Shown one piece after another: positions 45,901 to 53,451 of a stretch of DNA of 64,000 nt. The notes under the pieces were generated by a model. It searched no databases. It was not told the origin of the DNA and worked only from the letters and a program-made list of their open reading frames with translations. The translations under genes were made by a program, and so were the position numbers. The stretch's first letter is position 1. Each line of letters starts with the position of its first letter. Source of the DNA: an uncultured archaeon (GTDB taxonomy: Archaea; Aenigmatarchaeota; Aenigmatarchaeia; QMZP01; JAFGSV01). Where the stretch lies: positions 18,779 through 82,778 of the forward strand of contig CAZLFZ010000003.1 of the NCBI GenBank assembly GCA_964559215.1, read 5' to 3'.

Positions 45901-47267
45901 TATGCATCAATAGAGGAAGGGTTTCTATTCCATGAGTAATCCCAGGTGACATTCACGCTGTCGTTTTGACAGGTGTTGGCGCGTCCTAGGGTGTCATTTG
46001 ACCATATCCTGTAATAATATAGCCTTTCAGAGGATATGGTGGTAAAAGACGCATTCCATAAATTGGTGCCTATTTTGCTCATAGTCAAGTTGATCCAGTC
46101 TACATCGTATTTGTATTGAAATATCGCACCGCTTACATTGCTGGGGTCTGTTATTTCGGCGGTGACATTTATCGTTACACTGGGGTCAATATCGGCAGCG
46201 GAACTTGGGGACATGTTGATGTAATTTACAACAGGACCGGAGAAGACATCTACACTGAAGGTATAGTTGTCGATGTACCATGATTTCTGGGACTCGTTGT
46301 CATAAACCAAACAATTCCAGGTATAAGTCCCGTCAGGGATGCCGGTCAAAGTCCAGTTTGCAGATTTATTTCTGTAATCACCAAAGGCTTTCATGTAAGA
46401 AGCGTTTATCTCGTCTGGGCTTTTTGGTATGTTGGATATTCTGAGTTCATCAAAAGTGGAATACGCTTGATAGTACTTGTTTGAATCACTTCCAAGATAC
46501 ATGTCATTTCCAAATGGAGCGTAAGAATAGAATCCACCAGAGTATATGACAGAATCATTGGAGCCGTCCAGGAAAAGATCCAGTATTCTCCCGCTGCCGA
46601 CCAAGTTATACACATCCCATATGCCTGCCACATGGTGCCATTCTCCAGGATTCCAGGTGCTTATATCCCTGTACGCGGTTGTTTGAGAAGCGTAGTCATC
46701 GTTATAGTAAAAATACAGTGTTCCATAATCAGCGTATAATTGAATTTCGTCCGTGCCTGTTTTACCCGTTGAGAAAAGCCAAGCCGTATCAGAATAAGGA
46801 TCGAAACCGACCTTTAACCAGAATTCGACAGTGCCCTGAGCGGAGTTTATGTTATTTGAAGTTTGATATTTCAAGGAATCCGATTCATCATTTATCATGA
46901 CCCCTTGCATGAACTTGCCGGTCACGAAGCCGGTGGAATCGTTCACACCCACCTCCCCGTCCTCACATGTATAGTCGCCATTAAAATGGCAAAGAAGCAT
47001 GGTGTCTGAATCGGGATCAAACTCCATTGTCCGCTTTGTGCCATGGAAATCAAAGGTGCCGTTTATATCATGGTAAAAAGAGAAACTGAGCACATTTTCG
47101 TCATCCGTTCCGTTGCAAATAAAGGTTAGGTTATTTGTAGAGGTAGAAACATTCCCATCAACCGGTGAAACCAGGGTAACATTGGGATAATTGGAAGCTG
47201 CAACGCTAGGTAAAAATGGGAATAGAAGTAGTATTAGAACTAAGATGGAGAGATATCCGTTAGCCAT
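42999..47267 (-). CDS. giant cell-surface glycoprotein (1422 aa): signal peptide, LamG/ConA-like domain, Ig/CARDB-like domains, then 3 TM helices alternating with helical ecto-domains and cytoplasmic (L/M)xxLQxDYF coiled-coil repeats
   Basis: Signal MANGYLSILVLILLLFPFLPSVAAS; LamG-like ..GTVEFWLKVGFDP..AWLFSTG..LDLFLDGSND..; many NxS/T; C-terminal motifs LQDDYFNRKKIS, LQRDYFEFGKIS, LQEGYFNKKSLG and a basic tail. Confidence 0.85.
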   Translation of the reverse strand: MANGYLSILVLILLLFPFLPSVAASNYPNVTLVSPVDGNVSTSTNNLTFICNGTDDENVLSFSFYHDINGTFDFHGTKRTMEFDPDSDTMLLCHFNGDYTCEDGEVGVNDSTGFVTGKFMQGVMINDESDSLKYQTSNNINSAQGTVEFWLKVGFDPYSDTAWLFSTGKTGTDEIQLYADYGTLYFYYNDDYASQTTAYRDISTWNPGEWHHVAGIWDVYNLVGSGRILDLFLDGSNDSVIYSGGFYSYAPFGNDMYLGSDSNKYYQAYSTFDELRISNIPKSPDEINASYMKAFGDYRNKSANWTLTGIPDGTYTWNCLVYDNESQKSWYIDNYTFSVDVFSGPVVNYINMSPSSAADIDPSVTINVTAEITDPSNVSGAIFQYKYDVDWINLTMSKIGTNLWNASFTTISSERLYYYRIWSNDTLGRANTCQNDSVNVTWDYSWNRNPSSIDAYGLVNSISNVGIITVNNTGDDTLIITLTDDWRPLLDVYYNTTEQFAIDGKSVIGINVTAEYASSDSVKNMTITMSAEPSAPEKTATPSALNTTVTMNSYSGGPYPHLNIVTCPVSVTQSTTGVNLSATVKNIGNETAEDVWFNWTLPVGWTNTSGNVNLYIGNITSKSTNTSDLVVAVSSSALSGISSVCVNASGKGNLSSSDCDIVQVSCSNSDGVCGAGCNYFTDIDCEGPSVGRGVTEYVGIGEVIIKEPRMDVAMPDRIDLLKGGFYNFTIEVTNTVENTNLTQVNLEISGYPETLIKKIPSTIKYIAPNQTKTFYLEISAPTYIEGRDYIVDISLSAIGYYAAGNSSLLSSGKIVFSVHGVVENVSFSSIKSAEIALEDMKGMNFSVSVLASMLQDARKAYSGLNFDKAKEIANEIIELKEKAFIVFDLIKQSANMIADAARYGVRVEGAKKMQDLAKSAFDRGDYERAEERIQAAINAYQLETKYILPLIKFLYKYWYAIVTLLLSAAIISIFLRGRLKIRSMEMKLESIRGDKRSLKKLIHDLQDDYFNRKKISMLDYDMRKRNYEKRLAKLGSLELKLATKIAMMKGRDRRESLNREKNEVGKRMKDLQRDYFEFGKISKSEYKETIKELQGELAEIERDLSKLKKPKRSKGVIWFLVLLACVAVFPSVLEALENVTEEDATAAMTQAETVIDEMKALGFGTEYANHTLGEAKVLLLRGKYDLALTTARYVFVIKQKAIVVDEMIDDVELRMHELSSEGHDVSESRNLFRNGVDEFAKENYEKAETLLTQAMDRLDSIEREAALSMAARENLVDVFGKMIYAHRLIISACVVLLVLASVPAFVKLKKVKKARMMKSLENEVDNIKNSMKTLQEGYFNKKSLGKKDYETRMKKYKKELGRTMERLEAEKVKILKKEHREYRLPRAEKPVPEKVKKERREPRKAKVKKPQLKRIKPNRSPK

Positions 47268-47429
47268 ATTTATTATGTTTTCTTTTACCTAATATAACTA
47301 GGTTTAAACTTTACCTCTCTGGACCTCCCTGATATAGTTTATAATCTGACACGAATACCCAATCTAAGTTTAAATAATGCTGCATTTATCTTCCAAGAAA
47401 AGTAAAAATTCATTTACCTGATACCTGAT

Positions 47430-48881
47430 TCACTCCACCAAGAATTCATACAAATTTATCATGCTGCGCTTTATATGAACCCTCGGGTCGCGCTTAAAGC
47501 TGGAAACCAGCTTAAGTTTCAGCCCTTCGCATTTTTCATCCCCTGCTACGGAGAGAACTGTTTTATTCACCGAGAGAAATTCTTTTATCACTTCACAACC
47601 AGTTGTTGTGCTGGACACTTTCGTCAGGTTTACCTGGTAATAGGTAAAGTACTTATAGGCAAAACCGCTTAAAACGATAATGCTGTCTGGGCCGTAATTA
47701 GAATTAACGTAAGAAATGAGCTGAACTGGGGGAGCTGGTTTGGTGCTAATCTCAAATGCCAGAAAGAGGGAGTGGGTCAAAACAAGCACGATGAGAAAGC
47801 CAAACAACGCATATCTTTGAGTTGCCCTTTTCAAACTCCAGATGGCTTTTGTGAAAATCAAGGAAAGCAGGGGAACGAGGATTATAAGATACCTGGGATT
47901 GAAAGGAGGAAGGAGCATGAAAATCAGGAGCAAGTAAATAAAAATCCCTGAGGCAAAAAAGAGCGCCCTCTTGCCCCTTAGATTAATGTTTTTAAGACAA
48001 AAAATTGCCAGGACGGCCATTAAAAACAAAAGGATGATGCTGAATATCCCAAGACCGGCCAAGTTGATTCCATAGCCGCCCAGCAAAAAATAATAAAAGA
48101 AACCGAACAATTTCAAGGCTAGGATGTTCGAACTGTAATCAGTGCCAAGGAGTGAAATATCAGGTTTGCCGACCCTGAAACCAAACTGGTTTGATGCAGA
48201 AGAGACATACTCAGAAATGCCTGTTATCAATAACAAGGGCAGCAACCACGCCAAAATAGCGAGAAAAAAGAGGAGAAAACCCTTAAACCTAATTCGGGCG
48301 TCTTTTTTGTGCGATAAAGACACGTAAACAAGGACAGGCAACAGTATAAAAAATGTGTGAATTCTCACCCCCGTTGAGATTCCTGCCAGGAAGGCCCCAA
48401 GGTAAAAATGGCCAGGTTTCTCATACTTGACGTACTTGTAAATTAAAAGCATCGAAGCGAGTGTAAAAAAGAGCCCGGTGATATCAGACATCGCCTTTAC
48501 GCTGTTAAGCCAAAAAAGAGGCGTAAAAGCCATCAAAACGGATGAGGCCAAGGCTATTTCCATGTTGAGCATATCCTTGACCAGTAAATAGAAGACAAAA
48601 ACGGACAATGTGCCGAACAAGGCGCTCATAAATGTGAGGCTTAGCACCTCGTTTTTGAAGAATGTGTTAAAGAACATGCCCAATGCCATGTATACAGGAA
48701 ATCCGGGAGGGTGAGGCTGATACTTTGTCACATTGAACTCTTTAAGTCCCAAGGCGAAATGGACAGCATCTTCTTCATCCAAGGATACGCTAAGAGTTGA
48801 AATATAAATCAAAAAAATCAGTATGGAAAAAAGAACCGCAATCCTATCCAAGTCATTTTTTTTCAACATGCTTCTCCTCAT
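47430..48881 (-). CDS. GT-C fold polyprenyl-phosphate-sugar-dependent glycosyltransferase (PMT/ArnT GT39/GT83-like; N-terminal loop motif resembles the DUF2723/TMEM260 type)
   Basis: About 12 TM helices; first extracytoplasmic loop DEEDAVHFALGL..YQPHPPGFPVY; large C-terminal soluble domain. Confidence 0.8.
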   Translation of the reverse strand: MRRSMLKKNDLDRIAVLFSILIFLIYISTLSVSLDEEDAVHFALGLKEFNVTKYQPHPPGFPVYMALGMFFNTFFKNEVLSLTFMSALFGTLSVFVFYLLVKDMLNMEIALASSVLMAFTPLFWLNSVKAMSDITGLFFTLASMLLIYKYVKYEKPGHFYLGAFLAGISTGVRIHTFFILLPVLVYVSLSHKKDARIRFKGFLLFFLAILAWLLPLLLITGISEYVSSASNQFGFRVGKPDISLLGTDYSSNILALKLFGFFYYFLLGGYGINLAGLGIFSIILLFLMAVLAIFCLKNINLRGKRALFFASGIFIYLLLIFMLLPPFNPRYLIILVPLLSLIFTKAIWSLKRATQRYALFGFLIVLVLTHSLFLAFEISTKPAPPVQLISYVNSNYGPDSIIVLSGFAYKYFTYYQVNLTKVSSTTTGCEVIKEFLSVNKTVLSVAGDEKCEGLKLKLVSSFKRDPRVHIKRSMINLYEFLVE

Positions 48882-49125
48882 GTATAAGAATCAGGTTTCT
48901 TGTGTATATCAGTATGCCGAGACTCTGGCCTATGATAAACACGGGGTCCATTATGTGTATGGAGTAAATCAACAGCCCCAAGCCGCCAAGTGTACTCAAA
49001 TACCAGAAGTGTGTGGGAATTACGCTTTTCTTTCTCCGTTCGGATGCGATCCACTGAACAAAAAACCTGAGGAAAAAACAACCTTGCGCCGCAAGCCCGA
49101 AGATCAGCCAGAAGCTCATTTGCAT
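48853..49125 (-). CDS. LAB_N (lipid-A-disaccharide-synthase N-terminal domain-like, PF07578-type) small membrane protein
   Basis: FLRFFVQWIASERRKKSVIPTHFWYLSTLGGLGLLIYSIHIMDPVFIIGQSLGILIYTRNLIL matches the LAB_N consensus (FLVQW.ASE..KkSV.P..FW..S..G...Ll.Yai.r.DpVFi.GQ..G..iY.RNL.L). Confidence 0.75.
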   Translation of the reverse strand: MQMSFWLIFGLAAQGCFFLRFFVQWIASERRKKSVIPTHFWYLSTLGGLGLLIYSIHIMDPVFIIGQSLGILIYTRNLILIHEEKHVEKK

Positions 49126-49126
49126 T

Positions 49127-49810
49127 TTAACAGCACCTTAACAGTTCCCTGTGTTTAAATTTAACCATAAACAGTGTTTTAAGATTTCCGAACAAACGGT
49201 TACCTATGCCATATTTGGAGGTTCCATGAATGCGAGGATAGTGATTTACCTTGTACTCATTTATTCTGAAACCCTGCAACTTTATCATTGCTGGGATGAA
49301 TCTGTGAAAGTTTTCAAAGTACTGGATTTTTGAGACACACACTCTTCTAAAGACCTTTACGGGGCAGGTGTTGTCGTGCAAATTTACACCCAGCAGTTTA
49401 TTGTTAAAAGAGTTTCCAATCTTTGACGAGATATTTTTTATAAGACCATCCCTCCTCTTATACCTCCACCCAAAGACGCAGTCGTATCGAGTGCCGAGTA
49501 TCTTGACCATTCTGGGTATGTCCCTGGGGTCGTTCTGCCCGTCTGCGTCAATCGTGGCTATAATAGTACCCTTCGCCTTTTTCAACCCTTCGTACAGAGC
49601 AAAGGATTTCCCCCGATTTTTATTCAGTCTTATTATCTTGAGTCTCTTGTCTCGTATCTTTCTGATCTCAACACAGGTTTTGTCGGTAGAGCCGTCATCA
49701 ACGGCTATAATCTCGTAGTCTTTTCCTAGCATAGCTTTTTTAACCCTTTCGTACACCTGAATTATGTTCTCCTCTTCATTATAAGCCGTGGTTATTACAG
49801 ATACTTTCAT
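49127..49810 (-). CDS. GT2 family glycosyltransferase, dolichyl/polyprenyl-phosphate hexose synthase (DPM1/ArnC-like)
   Basis: VITTAYNEEENI, EIIAVDDGSTD, IDADGQNDP, ..GFRI.E.PV.H..R..G.SKY. Confidence 0.9.
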   Translation of the reverse strand: MKVSVITTAYNEEENIIQVYERVKKAMLGKDYEIIAVDDGSTDKTCVEIRKIRDKRLKIIRLNKNRGKSFALYEGLKKAKGTIIATIDADGQNDPRDIPRMVKILGTRYDCVFGWRYKRRDGLIKNISSKIGNSFNNKLLGVNLHDNTCPVKVFRRVCVSKIQYFENFHRFIPAMIKLQGFRINEYKVNHYPRIHGTSKYGIGNRLFGNLKTLFMVKFKHRELLRCC

Positions 49811-49962
49811 AATTTTTCGGTATCCTCCAGCTATGCATCAAATTCTTTCCCAGTTCTTTCACTTCTTTCTTGATTATCTTTTCAAACCAGATAATTAAAT
49901 TAATAACAATAATAACGAAATATAAATACCGAAATTCAGAAATTTCAAAAAATAAGCAAGAG

Positions 49963-49982
49963 TTTAAACAAATGGCGAATTT
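49963..49982. promoter_or_regulatory. palindrome GCGAATTT-ttat-AAATTCGC overlapping the TATA-like box about 28-35 bp upstream of the sulfatase-like gene ATG (50010)
   Basis: 8-bp perfect arms around tttataaa; divergent intergenic region 49811-50009. Confidence 0.3.
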
Positions 49983-50009
49983 TTATAAATTCGCAAAAAA
50001 ATATATGAC

Positions 50010-51503
50010 ATGAATTCAAGATTCTTAATTCCGGTGTTTGTTTTAATATTCATAGTTTTAATACCCACCAGCCTCTTTGGAGGTCTTGAGACAGCGAGGG
50101 AGATAGCAAAATTCTTCGCACCCCAAAATCATCCGGGTGTAAGCTACGCATGTCCAGACTGCAATCTACTCATCTTCACAATTGACACCCTCAGAGCTGA
50201 CCACATTTCATCTTATGATTATTTCCAAAAAACAAGCCCTGTTATCGATTCTGTTGCAGAGAAGGGAATAACCTTTACTAACGCATTTTCCCAAATTCCT
50301 CACACCCCCCCATCCCATTGGTCCATATTCACATCTCTTTATTCGTACAAGCATGAAAAATTCTTGCCTGGAGAAAACGGAACAGGACTCACCACCCTGT
50401 CCGATATTCTCAAAGATAACGGCTATTTGACAAGCGGTTTTATAAGCAGCTGGATACTTATCGGATTCAACGATGAATTTGATTATTTTAACGGGTACGG
50501 ATACAAGGACAAAAGAAGAAACAAGAGATTCCTTTCAAAGAAAGCGGTTGAAACTACCGAAGCTGTTCTGCCCTGGCTGGAAAACCACTCCGGTGAAAGA
50601 TTTTTCTTGTGGGTTCATTATTTCGACCCGCACAGCCCTTACGACCCGCCCGAGGAATATGACATCTACAATTACACCGTCACCAGTGTTTATTCTGATG
50701 CAAAATACGAGCAGATCGGCCTTTCAAGGACAGGACCAATAAGAGGAGACATAGCAAAATATGACGGTGAAGTGAGATATTCAGATGAAAACATAGGTAT
50801 TGTTCTCAAAAAACTGGAAGAGCTTGGGCTTATAAACAACACGCTTGTAATAATTACCGCTGACCATGGAGAATGCTTTGGTGAACACAATTTTTCCAAC
50901 TTCGGATACGAGGAGGAAAAGCCGTGCATTTTCCATGGAAAAACATTGTACGATGAAGAGATACACGTACCCTTTGTAATATTCAATCCGCACTCCCCGT
51001 CGAAGAACGTGAAAATAAACGATTTGGTGGAAACCGTAGACATTATGCCAACGGTTCTGGATATTCTGGGCATAACCAATGAGCCTGAAATTGACGGCGA
51101 AACTCTTGTTCCCCTTATCCGCGGGGTTAGAAAGACGAAGAATTACAGCATATCACAGACAAGGCCGATAAAGAACAGAGCCTTTTCGATAGGTATCAGA
51201 ACAAATGAGTGGAAGTTCGTGATCATGGCACCTGGTGAACTAGAACTGGAGAAAGACATTGCAGAACAGGAGGGTAAAAGTGTAAACTTCACAGATTATG
51301 AGGGGGAGGCGGGGGCTCCAGTAAAAAAATTATTATTCAATGTGAATGAAGGGGAAAATAAGAATTATGTTGAAGTCGAAAGAGACGTGGCCGGGGCTCT
51401 TGAAAGTCAACTGAGAGATGCGATTTCCGTTAGGGGATTTCCCAAAACAGTTTCAATTGATGAAAAAACGGAGGATTTGTTGAAATCGCTTGGTTACATT
51501 TAA
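50010..51503 (+). CDS. sulfatase-family (alkaline-phosphatase superfamily) protein with non-canonical active-site motif
   Basis: FTIDTLRADH (metal-binding Asp motif), ITADHGECFGEH. The position of the C-x-P-x-R formylglycine motif reads HTPPS instead. Confidence 0.82.
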   Translation: MNSRFLIPVFVLIFIVLIPTSLFGGLETAREIAKFFAPQNHPGVSYACPDCNLLIFTIDTLRADHISSYDYFQKTSPVIDSVAEKGITFTNAFSQIPHTPPSHWSIFTSLYSYKHEKFLPGENGTGLTTLSDILKDNGYLTSGFISSWILIGFNDEFDYFNGYGYKDKRRNKRFLSKKAVETTEAVLPWLENHSGERFFLWVHYFDPHSPYDPPEEYDIYNYTVTSVYSDAKYEQIGLSRTGPIRGDIAKYDGEVRYSDENIGIVLKKLEELGLINNTLVIITADHGECFGEHNFSNFGYEEEKPCIFHGKTLYDEEIHVPFVIFNPHSPSKNVKINDLVETVDIMPTVLDILGITNEPEIDGETLVPLIRGVRKTKNYSISQTRPIKNRAFSIGIRTNEWKFVIMAPGELELEKDIAEQEGKSVNFTDYEGEAGAPVKKLLFNVNEGENKNYVEVERDVAGALESQLRDAISVRGFPKTVSIDEKTEDLLKSLGYI

Positions 51504-51660
51504 TTTAATTTCATATTAAATTGTCGACCGACATTTGACATTGAGATTTGGTTTTCATGGAACTGTTTTTGAACCCATGTGAATCCATGTTTAATGTGTA
51601 TTATCCCATAACATTTCGGGACACCCCACAGTTTTTAATGCAGGAATCATAATGCAGAAA

Positions 51661-52545
51661 TCACATATACCCAAGCGACCGCAGTCGCCTCATCGTGAAC
51701 TCCCGCTCTTTGTCCTGCGCCCTGCCGGCTCTTTCAGGGGTTTTGGTAATTTCCAGTTCCTGGATTATCTCATCGATACTAGACGATGCCGATTTTATGG
51801 GTGATGTGCAGCACCGGCATCCGAGTGACCTGTACCGCAGGCCATTCCTCGCGAAGTAAAGTGGATTTACAGGAAGATTCTCCCGCTTCGTGTATCTCCA
51901 TACATCCAATTCAGTCCAGTGCAGTATTGGATGCACCCTAACATGTGAGCATTCTTCACCAAAGTCGGTCTGGTACAAGTTCCACAGCTCTACAGACTGC
52001 AGAGACTCAAACGGGGCATCACCCATTTCTCCCCTGGTTTTTGGCCTTACAATGTGCCATTTGAACTCTTTGTCTCTTGGCGAGAAATATCTTTCTATGT
52101 TTCTCATATAATGCTCGTCCCTTCTTATGGACAATATCAAAGCGTCGAAACCATGCTTTCTGAGAACCTGCTTTAGCGCTTCTGTTTTCAAAGCCGTGCA
52201 ACAGAAAAAATGGCCGTCCCTTTCTGGAGAAACGCCTCTTTTCATTGCTTCCCCGTTTTTCCCTATTATAAGATTAAGGTTCCATTCATTCGCTAGCGTG
52301 TCCCTGAACTCGTAAATCTCCGGGAACTTGCGTCCTGTATCCAAGTGTATGACGGGAAAGGGGATCTCACCAAAAAACGTACTCCTAATCAGATGGAGCA
52401 TGCACGTAGAGTCCTTGCCGGTTGACCAGAGCACCGCGGGATTCTTGAACCTTGATCTGACCTCTTTCAGTATGTACTCTGTCTTGGATATCAAATCTTT
52501 CATAGGTCCATTAGACTTTGTCCAAGCACTCATATTAACACCCAC
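51661..52545 (-). CDS. PAPS-reductase/ATP-sulfurylase-small-subunit family (PF01507-like) protein
   Basis: ..AVLWSTGKDSTCMLHLI.. (SGGKDS-type PP-loop), ..YRSLGCRCCT... The probable true start is at the internal Met (52533 or 52503). Confidence 0.8.
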   Translation of the reverse strand: MGVNMSAWTKSNGPMKDLISKTEYILKEVRSRFKNPAVLWSTGKDSTCMLHLIRSTFFGEIPFPVIHLDTGRKFPEIYEFRDTLANEWNLNLIIGKNGEAMKRGVSPERDGHFFCCTALKTEALKQVLRKHGFDALILSIRRDEHYMRNIERYFSPRDKEFKWHIVRPKTRGEMGDAPFESLQSVELWNLYQTDFGEECSHVRVHPILHWTELDVWRYTKRENLPVNPLYFARNGLRYRSLGCRCCTSPIKSASSSIDEIIQELEITKTPERAGRAQDKEREFTMRRLRSLGYM

Positions 52546-52549
52546 ATTT

Positions 52550-53326
52550 TTATAAAGTCAAGTAAAGTTTCAAAATCATCAATGCCCCAAGTGACGTTAT
52601 GAAAGCGCCCAGTATAGGTTTGCTGCGCTTGGATTCCATCCGCTTTGTCAATAATGTGCCAAAAGGCGTAGCGGCAATTGCGCCTATACATAACACAAAC
52701 AGCAACCCCCATTCTGCTATTCCATTCAAAAACACATAGGAGAGAAAGCCTGCGAGACATATAGGCGATTCAGCCACAGTCGTACATCCTATGGAATCCC
52801 TTTGGCGGTTTCCTGATATAATCTGACCTCCAGTGACTACCGGGCCAAAACCCCCGCCCGACAGACCTTTGTTGAATGCTGCCAGAATTCCAACACCTAT
52901 CATTTTTTTCCATGAAAAACTGAATTTTTTATTTATCAACATTATTATTCCCACCAACGTTACCAAGAGACCTATGTACGCCATCAGGACCGCCTTTGGG
53001 ATACTTACTGCGACAAATACAGAAATGATAGTCGCTGTTACACCAAACAACGTAAATATGCATACTATATAAGTATCCCTGGAATGCTTGCTGAAGTATA
53101 TGTTTTTGCGCTTGTGATGCAAAATTCCTGCCGCAAGGCCGCTCAGTCCCTGAGACAGAAGTAAAGAAGGTATTACAAGCAGGGGGTCAAAACCGGCAAT
53201 TATCAGTATCGGTGACAGCATGGTCCCATATCCCATCCCGAGCGAACAGTCAATGAGTTCTCCTATGAATGCCAAGATTGCAATCGCTATTTGCTCCATT
53301 AACTCCACCATCTTCACGTGTGCCAA
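52550..53326 (-). CDS. TauE/SafE family (sulfite/organosulfonate exporter-like) membrane protein
   Basis: Gly-rich TM repeats ..FNKGLSGGGFGPVVTGGQI.. and ..LSQGLSGLAAGIL..; 7-8 TM helices. Confidence 0.85.
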   Translation of the reverse strand: MAHVKMVELMEQIAIAILAFIGELIDCSLGMGYGTMLSPILIIAGFDPLLVIPSLLLSQGLSGLAAGILHHKRKNIYFSKHSRDTYIVCIFTLFGVTATIISVFVAVSIPKAVLMAYIGLLVTLVGIIMLINKKFSFSWKKMIGVGILAAFNKGLSGGGFGPVVTGGQIISGNRQRDSIGCTTVAESPICLAGFLSYVFLNGIAEWGLLFVLCIGAIAATPFGTLLTKRMESKRSKPILGAFITSLGALMILKLYLTL

Positions 53327-53451
53327 TTTGCACCCGATTTTTGCCTCATAACATCATATTGCTTGCCCTTTGACCAGAGCACCGCGGGATTCTTGAATCT
53401 CGATTTGACCTCTCTCAGTATGTACTCGGTTTTGGCTTCCAAATCCTTCAT
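53314..53451 (-). pseudogene. truncated duplicate of the 5' end of the PAPS-reductase-like gene (45 codons, then frameshifted/terminated)
   Basis: Encodes MKDLEAKTEYILREVKSRFKNPAVLWSKGK.., versus the intact gene's MKDLISKTEYILKEVRSRFKNPAVLWSTGKD. DNA at 53340-53451 is about 85% identical to 52420-52503. Its ATG overlaps the TGA of the phosphodiesterase gene. Confidence 0.6.
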
